This document shows, piece after piece, positions 35,605 to 43,729 of a DNA stretch of 64,000 nucleotides. This stretch comes from Patescibacteria group bacterium (GTDB taxonomy: Bacteria > Patescibacteriota > Minisyncoccia > Minisyncoccales > RBG-13-36-15). The notes below the pieces were generated by a model. It had not been told where the DNA came from. It saw only the letters and a list, made by a program, of their open reading frames with translations, and did not search any database. The stretch spans positions 8,474 through 72,473 of the forward strand of contig JAHCSE010000004.1 of NCBI GenBank assembly GCA_018609195.1, written 5' to 3'. How positions within the stretch are numbered: position 1 is the first letter of the stretch; each line of letters begins with the position of its first letter. Made by a program: the position numbers and the translations under genes.

Positions 35605-36378
35605 ATGAAAAACTTAGAGGATATAACCAGAGAAGAATTGGAAGCAATAAAAATTGTTACTTTTGATATTGATGGTGTGATTATACCAACTGGCACAGAG
35701 TTAAGAGAAAATTTGGACGGTACTGAGTTATATATGAAATCCAAGCAGTTATCAGCAAGGTTTATAGAGAACCTAAAAAAACTTAAAAAATATGTGAGAT
35801 TAAACTTTTCTTCAGGTAGAAATATCTTATATCTGAAAAGTTTGGTCAATGAAATTTTTGACCAAGAAATTATTCTGCAGGCCGAGAACGGAAACTTAAC
35901 TTGGTTTGAAGGCAGCATTATTCACCCCACTTATCCTACCAGCTATTTTAATAAATTAAGGGATATAAAAGAAAGAGTTAAGTCGATGATGGCTGTTGAT
36001 AAACGAATAAGAGGTTTTGAGCCGAAAATGTTTATTTTGACCGTCCATTGTGATCAAATGAGAGAAATACCGGATTTAGTGAAAGAGATGGATATAGAGA
36101 ACGATTTGTATTGTCTCTGGACTAACGAAGGTTATGATATAGGTAGTAAAAATATGAGTAAAGGGAAGGGAATTCTCAATTTAGCCGAGTATCTTAATAT
36201 CGACCCCAAACATATTATGACTACCGGAAATAATTATAATGACAAAGAAATGCTTGAGATTGGTAAGGGGGTTTCGGTGGAACCGGATCGAGTTCAAGCA
36301 GAATATTTTATTGAGCATAAACCAGAACAGTTAGGAGGTGAATTATTAGCAGAATTTTTACTTAAATATTATACCTAA
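35605..36378 (+). CDS. HAD-superfamily hydrolase (Cof/IIB-like)
   Basis: 257 aa. Motif I FDIDGVI, C-terminal GNNYNDKEML (motif IV). Confidence 0.7.
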   Translation: MKNLEDITREELEAIKIVTFDIDGVIIPTGTELRENLDGTELYMKSKQLSARFIENLKKLKKYVRLNFSSGRNILYLKSLVNEIFDQEIILQAENGNLTWFEGSIIHPTYPTSYFNKLRDIKERVKSMMAVDKRIRGFEPKMFILTVHCDQMREIPDLVKEMDIENDLYCLWTNEGYDIGSKNMSKGKGILNLAEYLNIDPKHIMTTGNNYNDKEMLEIGKGVSVEPDRVQAEYFIEHKPEQLGGELLAEFLLKYYT

Positions 36379-37352
36379 ACGAGACCCATTTTTTTTCTGA
36401 CTCCAATCATTGTTGAGGCAGCTAAAATCTTTGCTCTTTTTGTCCCTTGATTTAAAATTTCTTCCACATAGACTTCTCTGGCGAGAAGTTCTTTTCTTTT
36501 ACGTCTGAAGGGTTCCAAAGAATTTATTAAAACTTTGGCCAAAGATCTTTTAAAATCTTCGTAACCTCGTCCCTTAAAATCCTTTTCCAATTTTTTTATT
36601 GATTTGCCAGAAAATAAAGAATAAATAGTTAAAAGATTGGATATTCCGGGTTTTTTCTGAGGATCATACTTTATTTGTTTTCCTGGGTCGGTAACTGCCG
36701 TCATTACTTTCTTTTTAATTTCATCTGGTTCATCAAAGAGGGAAATATAAGACTTGGGACCCAAGGTTTTTGACATTTTCTTTTTCGGATTATTCAGAGC
36801 CATGATTTTAGCTCCTATTTTGGGGATTTGACTTTTCGGTTCAACAAAAACCTTTCCAAACCTTTGATTAAATTTTCTGGCAATGGTTCTGGCTAACTCC
36901 ACATGCTGTAATTGATCTTTTCCTACCGGCACAATATCTGTTTGATAAAGCAAGATATCAGCTGTCTGTAAAATTGGATAATTCAAAAGGCCAGCATTGA
37001 TCATTCTTTTAAATTGTTTAGACTTTTCTTTATATTGGGTCATCCTGAGGAGATCTCCTACTGGGCAGACAGTACCCAGTAACCAGCAAAGTTCGGTATG
37101 TTCTTTTATTTGAGATTGCACAAACAAAATTGATTTTTCAGGATCGATTCCAGCTGCCAAGTATGCAATGGCAGTGTCAAAAATATTTTTTTTCAATTCC
37201 TCCGGCTGATAAGGAATGGTGATCGCATGCAGGTCAACGATAACAAAAACACATTCAGCTTTTTTCTGAAGTTCTACCCAATGCTTAATCGCCCCTAGAT
37301 AGTTTCCGATATGAATTGCCCCAGTTGGTTGAATACCACTAAAAACGCGCAT
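36375..37352 (-). CDS. trpS: tryptophan--tRNA ligase
   Basis: 325 aa. GIQPTGAIHIGNYLG (HIGH-type) and KMSKT. Confidence 0.9.
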   Translation of the reverse strand: MRVFSGIQPTGAIHIGNYLGAIKHWVELQKKAECVFVIVDLHAITIPYQPEELKKNIFDTAIAYLAAGIDPEKSILFVQSQIKEHTELCWLLGTVCPVGDLLRMTQYKEKSKQFKRMINAGLLNYPILQTADILLYQTDIVPVGKDQLQHVELARTIARKFNQRFGKVFVEPKSQIPKIGAKIMALNNPKKKMSKTLGPKSYISLFDEPDEIKKKVMTAVTDPGKQIKYDPQKKPGISNLLTIYSLFSGKSIKKLEKDFKGRGYEDFKRSLAKVLINSLEPFRRKRKELLAREVYVEEILNQGTKRAKILAASTMIGVRKKMGLV

Positions 37353-37355
37353 AAT

Positions 37356-39038
37356 TTACACTTCAATCACTACTGGTAATATCATTGGTCTTCTTTGGGT
37401 CTTGGTATATAAGAATTGGCCGATTTTGTTTTTAATTTCATCTTTCACATAAGTCCAATTCACGGCTCCTCCTGAACCTGCTGCCCGGTTGACAATTTGT
37501 ATTACCTTTTTTCTAGTCTCTTTGAGAAGTTCTTTTGATTCTCTAAGGTAGACAAAACCTCTGGAAATTATATCTGGGGAACCCTTCACCTTTCCTAATT
37601 GTCTATCTACTACCGCAACAATAACAAACATCCCATCTTTCGCTAAAGTAGTCCGGTCCCTCAAAACCACCTCTCCTACATCTCCAATCCCAAGCCCATC
37701 TACCATTACATAATGGGCAGGAACAGGTATTTTCTCAACAAAAATTCTGTTTGGGCTTACGTTCGCGATCTGACCGTTTTCAATGACCGCAATATTTCTT
37801 TCAGGAATCCCGACATTTTCGGCTATCGCGGCATGATTGACCAACATTGAATATTGGCCATGAATTGGCAAAAAGAATTTTGGCCTTAAAATTTTAATAA
37901 TTTGTTTTAGCTCCTCTTGTTGAGCATGGCCACTGGCGTGAATATCCATCATCCGGTAATGGAAGACCTGAGCTCTCTGTCGATAAAGTTCATCTTTTAC
38001 AATTTGGACAGTCCTTTCATTCCCGGGAATTACTGAAGAAGAAAAGATTACCGTGTCCCCCTTTTTCAGTCTTATAAATGGGTGTTCTCTATTGGCAATT
38101 CTCATCAAAACCGCACGCCCTTCTCCCTGCGCTCCCGTACAGAGTACAGTAATATTTGAATCAGGATAGTTTTGGATATCTTTTGCCTTAATCAAGGTGC
38201 CCTTCTGGGCTTTAATATAACCCATGGCCTTACAGATTTCTACATTCGTTTTCATGGAATAGCCATCAACTATTACCTTCCTTCCATATTTTTCTGATAA
38301 AGCAATAATTTGTTGAATTCTGTTAATAAGAGAAGCAAAGGTGGCAGCAATAATTCTGCCCTTCGAGGCCCTAAAAATTTCATCCAAATTTTCTAAGATA
38401 GTCTTTTCAGAAAGAGAATGGCCTTCGTTTTCTGCACCGGTGGAGTCTGACATCAAAAGCAAAATTTTTCTTGAGCCCATTTCCCCCAATTTTTGAAAAT
38501 CAGTTGGTAAATCATTTACTGGCGAAGAATCAAATTTAAAATCGGAAGTATGGATTACATTTCCCACAGGAGTTTTGATAAAAAGGCCAAGATTATCGGT
38601 AATATTGTGGTTTTGGCGGAAAAATTCAATCTGAAAGGGGCCAAGTTGAATTTTACTGCCATCCTTGACCAATGTTATATTGAGCTTGGGTTGTAAAGAG
38701 AAATCTTCCTGTCTTTTTAAAATAATTCCTCGAGTGAGCCGAGACCCATAAATTGGGGGATTACCAAGACTCCTAATAAAATAGGGAATAGCCCCAATGT
38801 GATCGTAATGGCCATGGGTAAAGACTATTCCTAAAATATTTTTTTCTTTTCCCTTTAGATAAGAAATATTGGGGACAATATAATCCACCCCTGGCATGTC
38901 TTCTTCTGGTAATCTGAATCCCATATCAATGATTAAAATCGTCCTTCCATACTCAAGGAGCATCATATTTCTTCCAACTTCACCAAGACCTCCCAAAGGA
39001 ATAATCCTGAGATTTAATTGTTTTTTATATTTTTTCAT
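37356..39038 (-). CDS. rnj: ribonuclease J
   Basis: 560 aa. Metallo-beta-lactamase HGHYDHIG, beta-CASP, C-terminal domain. Confidence 0.88.
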   Translation of the reverse strand: MKKYKKQLNLRIIPLGGLGEVGRNMMLLEYGRTILIIDMGFRLPEEDMPGVDYIVPNISYLKGKEKNILGIVFTHGHYDHIGAIPYFIRSLGNPPIYGSRLTRGIILKRQEDFSLQPKLNITLVKDGSKIQLGPFQIEFFRQNHNITDNLGLFIKTPVGNVIHTSDFKFDSSPVNDLPTDFQKLGEMGSRKILLLMSDSTGAENEGHSLSEKTILENLDEIFRASKGRIIAATFASLINRIQQIIALSEKYGRKVIVDGYSMKTNVEICKAMGYIKAQKGTLIKAKDIQNYPDSNITVLCTGAQGEGRAVLMRIANREHPFIRLKKGDTVIFSSSVIPGNERTVQIVKDELYRQRAQVFHYRMMDIHASGHAQQEELKQIIKILRPKFFLPIHGQYSMLVNHAAIAENVGIPERNIAVIENGQIANVSPNRIFVEKIPVPAHYVMVDGLGIGDVGEVVLRDRTTLAKDGMFVIVAVVDRQLGKVKGSPDIISRGFVYLRESKELLKETRKKVIQIVNRAAGSGGAVNWTYVKDEIKNKIGQFLYTKTQRRPMILPVVIEV

Positions 39039-39052
39039 AGTAAAACTTTTAG

Positions 39053-39136
39053 TGCCCCCGGCTGGACTCGAACCAGCACGACTTTTAAGTCCTTGGTTCC
39101 TGAAACCAAGGCGTCTTCCAATTCCGCCACGGGGGC
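39053..39136 (-). tRNA. tRNA-Leu (anticodon CAG)
   Basis: Hand-folded: acceptor GCCCCCG/CGGGGGC, anticodon arm TTGGT-TTCAGGA-ACCAA, long variable arm GACTT-aa-AAGTC, T arm GCTGG-TTCGAGT-CCAGC, discriminator A. CCA is not encoded. Confidence 0.9.
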
Positions 39137-39144
39137 AAATTGGG

Positions 39145-39173
39145 TTGACAAAAAATTACGGAATTGTTATATT
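39145..39173 (+). promoter_or_regulatory. near-consensus promoter of the candidate sRNA
   Basis: TTGACA (39145-39150), 17 nt, TATATT (39168-39173). Confidence 0.55.
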
Positions 39174-39179
39174 ATTATT

Positions 39180-39377
39180 TAGTACCTTCCTGGGCGGGTT
39201 GTCCCGAGGTATACCGGTCGCTGCTGAAGATGAAGAGCCAACTACTTAGAGGCCATTCCATTGTGAGTGGGGGTGGTTCTTCCTCTGCTAGACTGTAGCA
39301 ATCCGGTCCGGCAATATACCATCTGGGCAACCCGTCCTCCAGCGCCTTCAAGTTCCAGCTAAGGCTGGAACTTTTTG
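39180..39377 (+). ncRNA. candidate sRNA of about 200 nt with rod-like fold (unclassified; 6S-like shape only)
   Basis: 13-bp closing helix GGGCGGGUUGUCC (39192-39204) / GGGCAACCCGUCC (39325-39337). Further paired blocks GGUAUA/UAUACC, CCGG/CCGG, GAAGAGCCA/UGGUUCUUC. Terminator AGTTCCAGC-taag-GCTGGAACT plus T5 (39351-39376). Confidence 0.45.
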
Positions 39378-39425
39378 CTTTCGGCTAGCCTCTTCTTTTT
39401 TATTTCCACACTCGCTTGGTCTTAA

Positions 39426-39607
39426 TGTACCAATTCGTCGCTCGCCCTCATCCAGCCTTACGGCTGGCCCGAGCACATAAATTATGTGCTCGGTTCGGGC
39501 TCGCTCCCCAGACACCCTCGGTTTCTGGCGTTCGTCGCTTCGCTCCTCACTGTTTTCCTACACGGGAAAACACCCAGTTTTCCCGACCCCTTTCTGAAGA
39601 ATGGTAC
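39426..39607 (+). repeat. structured repeat family, copy B
   Basis: 5' domain with hairpins CCAGCCTTACGGCTGG and CGAGCACATAA-at-TTATGTGCTCG. Then CCAGACACC-ctc-GGTTTCTGG, CTGTTTTCCTACACGG, GGGAAAAC-accca-GTTTTCCC and CCGACCCC. Ends pair as TGTACCA / TGGTACA. Confidence 0.85.
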
Positions 39608-39615
39608 AGACAAAG

Positions 39616-41634
39616 CTATTTCCATGCTCGCTTTGTCTTGATGTACCATTCTTCAATTCCGATAAATCTTTTTGAGGGGTCAGCGATTACTCCTTCTTCT
39701 ATTCCTTTGATTTCTCTGGATACAGGATAAAGATAATTAGGGGTGTATAAAAAGACAGCTGGGACATCAGTAATTAAAATTTCCTGGAACCTTTCATATT
39801 TTTCTCTTCTTTCTTCCTCATCAAAAATCTTTCGAGCTTCCTCTAAAATTTTATCCACCTCTCTATTTTCATAAAGTGCCAGATTCAATCCAGGGTCTTT
39901 TTTTTGAGAAGAATGCCAAAAAGGATAAGGATCCGCTATTAAACCTGTTACTTTGCCAAAGAGCAAAATTTCATAATTTCTTGATTCTAAGTAATCTTGC
40001 CGAAAAGTTGAAAGATCAAATTTTTTAATTTCAAGATCTACTCCTAATTTTTTCCATTGCTCCTTTAAGATGTCTGCTACCTGGGAAAGTTCCTCTTGAT
40101 CAACGGTAACTAAAGAAAGCTTTAAAATTAAGCGTTCCTCTGGAGCCTCAATACAAATTTCATTAAGTTTAGCCCGCGTCGTTTTACTCACTATCCCTGT
40201 TCCTGCTGTAAAACCCCAGGGGTCTAAAATATCTTCGGCATATTTTTCTTGAAATCTGATTACCGCCCCTTTCGTTTTTTGGCCAAAATAACCTGTAATT
40301 TGACCTTCAGGATAAATCTGGAAGTCTTTGGCTAGACAGGCCTGTAATTCTCTAACCTCTCCCCCCTGAGATCCAGATTTAAGGTCTAATGTAAAGAGAG
40401 AGGCTATTGCTTTTTTAAGAATTTTTTCCCTTTGACCATCTTGATCTTCATCCTTCCAGTTAGCTGCTTCTAAAATCTCTATTCCTTTTTCTAAATTAAA
40501 TGGGTAGATATTGAGAGGAGGAGAAAAAGCTGAGATTTCAGGAAGAAGAGGGGAATGAATTATTCTCCCTTCGTTAAAAAGGACCTCTTTAATAATCTCC
40601 TCTTTGTCAGTTCCATAATTTAAGGCTTTTCTTACCTCTTTTTCAGCTAAGATCTTTGAATTTTTGAGATTGAAAGAGAGATCAAAGTATCTTGGGAAAG
40701 AGAGTTTATGAATCTTAAATTCCTCTCGATTTAAACTTTGGGCAGATTTCGGCGATATTACTGATGCTCCTTTTATTTCTTTTTTTTCTAAGGCCTCAAT
40801 AAGATCTTTTTCTTCTTCAAAGAAATGGAAGGTAATTTCCCTAAGAAAAGGTTTTTTCCCGAAATAATTAGGATTTCTAACTACGGTTAAAGATTGAATA
40901 TACCCTAATTTATTTTTAGTTAAATTCTTAAATTGAAAGGGACCTGTACCAACTGGTTGAAGATTAAGAATGGCTAAAGGAAAATTCTGGGGAGGAATAT
41001 CTTGCCAGATATGTTTTGGCAAAACCTTCAGGGTTAAAGTTTCTAAGAAAGGAGGATAAGGATTTTTTAATTTGAAGCGAACTCTTAAGTCGGAAACTTT
41101 CTCAACTGTAACGCCGAGAAGAGAAGCGCGGATGGAACTTTTGTAATCTGGATCTTGAATTGTCTTTATAGTAAATAAAACATCTTCTGCCGAGAAAGGT
41201 TCCCCATCTGAAAAATAAACATTATCTCTCAAAAAAATTTCATATACTTTTCCCTCATCAGTAATTTTATATTCTTTAGCTAAGTCAGGAATTATTTCTC
41301 CTTCTCCATTGTATTTTAACAAGCCAGAGAATAAAAGCTCAGTTAAATCCCTGTCTACATCAGATGATGTCGCATAGATTGGATTGATAAATTGGGGTCT
41401 GCCAATTACGCCCTCCGTATACACTCCTCCTGGGGCTGGTTGAATTTTGGTATTTTGAAAATAAAAATTTAAAATCAAAAAGAGACCAGACGAAAACGCT
41501 AAAAAAAATAAGATAGAAAAAGCAATTTTCTCTTCTTTTTTAAAGACTTTTAGAGCCTGTCTCCACTGAGAAAAACTTGGGAATTTTCTTAGTTCTTGAA
41601 AAGCCAATTTAATTTTTCTTAATTGAAAAACCAT
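39616..41634 (-). CDS. family-5 (OppA/DppA-like) substrate-binding protein with embedded peptidoglycan-binding domain
   Basis: 672 aa with an N-terminal TM anchor and SBP_bac_5-like body. An insert at about 40180-40392 matches the PG_binding_1 pattern (GGEVRELQACLAK...GYFGQKTKGAVIRFQEKY...TRAKLNEI). Confidence 0.75.
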   Translation of the reverse strand: MVFQLRKIKLAFQELRKFPSFSQWRQALKVFKKEEKIAFSILFFLAFSSGLFLILNFYFQNTKIQPAPGGVYTEGVIGRPQFINPIYATSSDVDRDLTELLFSGLLKYNGEGEIIPDLAKEYKITDEGKVYEIFLRDNVYFSDGEPFSAEDVLFTIKTIQDPDYKSSIRASLLGVTVEKVSDLRVRFKLKNPYPPFLETLTLKVLPKHIWQDIPPQNFPLAILNLQPVGTGPFQFKNLTKNKLGYIQSLTVVRNPNYFGKKPFLREITFHFFEEEKDLIEALEKKEIKGASVISPKSAQSLNREEFKIHKLSFPRYFDLSFNLKNSKILAEKEVRKALNYGTDKEEIIKEVLFNEGRIIHSPLLPEISAFSPPLNIYPFNLEKGIEILEAANWKDEDQDGQREKILKKAIASLFTLDLKSGSQGGEVRELQACLAKDFQIYPEGQITGYFGQKTKGAVIRFQEKYAEDILDPWGFTAGTGIVSKTTRAKLNEICIEAPEERLILKLSLVTVDQEELSQVADILKEQWKKLGVDLEIKKFDLSTFRQDYLESRNYEILLFGKVTGLIADPYPFWHSSQKKDPGLNLALYENREVDKILEEARKIFDEEERREKYERFQEILITDVPAVFLYTPNYLYPVSREIKGIEEGVIADPSKRFIGIEEWYIKTKRAWK

Positions 41635-41642
41635 CTAAGCCT

Positions 41643-41861
41643 TTAGAAAATAAGATTTAAAAGAGCTAAGGTAATAAAAAGAGCTCCTAAAATTACTGAT
41701 CCCCAAAAAATTTTTTTTTGGATTCCTCGTCTTGTTCCATAAAATCCTCCTCCTCCCCCACCAAAAGCTGATCCCAACGCCGTTCCTCTTTGTTGCAATA
41801 AAATAAAGACAATTAACAAAATAGCAACAATAATTTGGGCAAGGATCAAAAATTTTTCCAT
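41643..41861 (-). CDS. secG: preprotein translocase subunit SecG
   Basis: 72 aa. Two TM helices flanking LLQQRGTALGSAFGGGGGGFYGTRRG, the glycine-rich loop typical of SecG. Confidence 0.8.
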   Translation of the reverse strand: MEKFLILAQIIVAILLIVFILLQQRGTALGSAFGGGGGGFYGTRRGIQKKIFWGSVILGALFITLALLNLIF

Positions 41862-41864
41862 ATT

Positions 41865-42263
41865 TTATTTACGAGCTCTTTGAAATTTAGGAAAGAAAAT
41901 TGAGACCAAAATACTAGTTCCCAAAACCAAAAGAGTGGTCAAAAAAAGGGGTAATAATCCTTCGATTTTCAGTTCCGGGAAAATAATATCTACCAGTAAA
42001 ATCATTCCTACATTAATGACTAAACTAAAAAGGCCAAAAGTTAGAAACCAAAGGGGGAGAGTAATAAATTTTAAAATAGGTTTTAAAAAAAAATTCAAAA
42101 GACCAAGAATAATCCCTGCTAAAAACAGAATTTGAATTTCTCCTTCAAATTCTACCCCAGAGACAAATTGAATAGCTAAGAAAAGACCTAAGATACCAGC
42201 AATTATTTGCAAAAGAAGTCCTCTCACACCACTTAGAATAGCTAAAATTAAAAAAGAAGTCAA
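41865..42263 (-). CDS. four-TM membrane protein (holin-4/YvlD-like family)
   Basis: 132 aa, four hydrophobic helices. The pattern ...FLKPILKFITLPLWFLTFGLFSLVINVGMILLVD... resembles the PF04020-type family; this was not verified. Confidence 0.5.
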   Translation of the reverse strand: MTSFLILAILSGVRGLLLQIIAGILGLFLAIQFVSGVEFEGEIQILFLAGIILGLLNFFLKPILKFITLPLWFLTFGLFSLVINVGMILLVDIIFPELKIEGLLPLFLTTLLVLGTSILVSIFFPKFQRARK

Positions 42264-42272
42264 TTGAACGGC

Positions 42273-43628
42273 TTAATACCCAATCAAGGCCTTCCTTCTT
42301 AGTTTTCTATGGTAGCTTATTGCAAAACGGTGGGCTTCATCTCTCAGTTGTAAAATGAGATTGAAAATTGGGCGAGAAAGAATTTTTAGTAAAATGGGCT
42401 TCTTTCTGTTTTCTACATAAAGCTCATTTTTTCTCTTAGCTAAAGCTAAGACGCTGATTTTTGCTGATTTTAAGACTGATTTTCGCTGATATTTCTTAAG
42501 AACCTGTAAAGCTGCATTTAATTGGGCCTTGCCGCCATCAATTAACATTACATCTGGAAAAGGCCATTCAATATGCCTGAGCCTTCTTGATAAAATTTCT
42601 TTGAGCATTGCAATATCATTGGGTTTCTCCTCAATTTTTATTTTAAATTTCCGATAAAAATTTTTATCTGGCATGCCTTTTACAAATGTAACCATTGAAC
42701 CAGTAGCTTGTTTCCCTTGAATATTAGAGACATCATAGGCTTCAATTCGGGAAATTTGTTTCTTTGTTTTGAGAAGATTTTGCAGGATTTTTTGAATATC
42801 AGACCAATCTTTTTCTGGCATCAATTTTTCTTCCTTAAATATTTTAGCATGAGCAAAGACATTTTCCAAAGCTCTTATTTGATCTCTTATTTTAGCTGCC
42901 TTTTCAAAATCTTGGACTGAGCTTAAAAATTTCATTTCTTTTTTGAGGGTTCTTAAAACCGATTTTCTTTTCCCCTTCAAAACACTGATTACATATTTGA
43001 TATTTTTCCTGTATTCTTTTATATCAGGATCAGGCCCCGGACAAAGCCCTAAATTGCAATAAACACAGGGAGTTTTCGTGTGCGTTTTTGAGGTGTAGTA
43101 AGGGAAAACTCTCCTGAGAAATCGTAAAGTAAGCTTCAGCGGTCTCCCTATAACAAAAGGACCAATATAAATAGCTTTTGGGCTTGCCCGCCTAGTCCCG
43201 CCTCTTTTGGAAAGGGGCGGGATTTGGGTGGGTTGATGAGTGATAAAAATTCTTGGTAAATTTTCCTTTGTAATACCAATGTAAAAAAATTTTTTGTCAT
43301 CCCGCCAGATGACATTATATTTTGGCTGGTATTTTTTAATTAAATTTGCCTCTAAAATTAAAGCCTCAATTTCTGAGTCAGTTTTGAGGTATCCTACTTT
43401 TTGGACAAGATTTAAGAAAAGATTATCTCGAAAGCCTGGGTGTTGAAAATGATTCTTCACCCTTTCTCGGATATTTGAGGCCTTCCCAATATATAAGAAC
43501 CTTGACTTCGTCAAGAACCTTGAATGCTCCGCATTTAAAAATTCTCTACCTTGCTTAAAGGCATAAACCCCAGGACTTTTTGGCAAAATTTTAATGTTAT
43601 TTTTTGTGATGAATTTAAATTTCTCCAT
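42273..43628 (-). CDS. uvrC: excinuclease ABC subunit C (short form without C-terminal HhH2)
   Basis: 451 aa. GIY-YIG N-terminus (PGVYAF...LYIGKASNIRERVKNHF), UVR motif QDFEKAAKIRDQIRALENV, endonuclease domain ending RDEAHRFAISYHRKLR. Confidence 0.88.
   Translation of the reverse strand: MEKFKFITKNNIKILPKSPGVYAFKQGREFLNAEHSRFLTKSRFLYIGKASNIRERVKNHFQHPGFRDNLFLNLVQKVGYLKTDSEIEALILEANLIKKYQPKYNVIWRDDKKFFYIGITKENLPRIFITHQPTQIPPLSKRGGTRRASPKAIYIGPFVIGRPLKLTLRFLRRVFPYYTSKTHTKTPCVYCNLGLCPGPDPDIKEYRKNIKYVISVLKGKRKSVLRTLKKEMKFLSSVQDFEKAAKIRDQIRALENVFAHAKIFKEEKLMPEKDWSDIQKILQNLLKTKKQISRIEAYDVSNIQGKQATGSMVTFVKGMPDKNFYRKFKIKIEEKPNDIAMLKEILSRRLRHIEWPFPDVMLIDGGKAQLNAALQVLKKYQRKSVLKSAKISVLALAKRKNELYVENRKKPILLKILSRPIFNLILQLRDEAHRFAISYHRKLRRKALIGY
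43180..43232 (-). repeat. GC-rich palindromic mini-insertion in uvrC
   Basis: Plus-strand gggcttgcccgcctagtCCCGCCtcttttggaaagGGCGGGatttgggtgggt. Encodes about PPLSKRGGTRRASPK. Confidence 0.65.
43495..43523 (-). repeat. 18-nt-period direct duplication inside the GIY-YIG motif of uvrC
   Basis: AAGAACCTTGA cttcgtc AAGAACCTTGA on the plus strand, with palindrome CTTGAC-ttc-GTCAAG. Protein reads SRFLTKSRFL. Confidence 0.7.
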
Positions 43629-43729
43629 AACACAAGTATTATAGTAAAAAATTCTCGATTATTCAATTCTTCGCCCACTCTCTTTCAAAAAGCTGTTTTT
43701 CTATAAAACTTCTGGTTATAATTAGTATA

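Noticed and set aside
38896-39249. 117-aa plus-strand ORF.
   Set aside because: It overlaps the rnj 5' end in antisense, the whole tRNA-Leu gene and the sRNA promoter. It is not credible as coding.
39180-39377. Attempt to name the rod-like RNA as SRP RNA, 6S RNA, tmRNA or RNase P RNA.
   Set aside because: No GNAR-tetraloop/AGCA helix-8 motif, no GAGGAAAGUCC, and no tRNA-like 3' end were found. The 6S-like impression rests on shape only, so it stays unclassified.
39416-39730. ORFs running through the structured repeat copies: 39416-39730 (+), 49440-49802 (-), 45833-46060 (+), 45823-46098 (-), 10102-10371 (-). Some share peptide strings such as [12 protein letters not shown].
   Set aside because: The shared peptides only reflect shared nucleotide sequence. 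The frames differ between copies, the ORFs overlap real genes (OppA-like, groEL) or promoters, and sequence variation follows stem pairing rather than codon structure.
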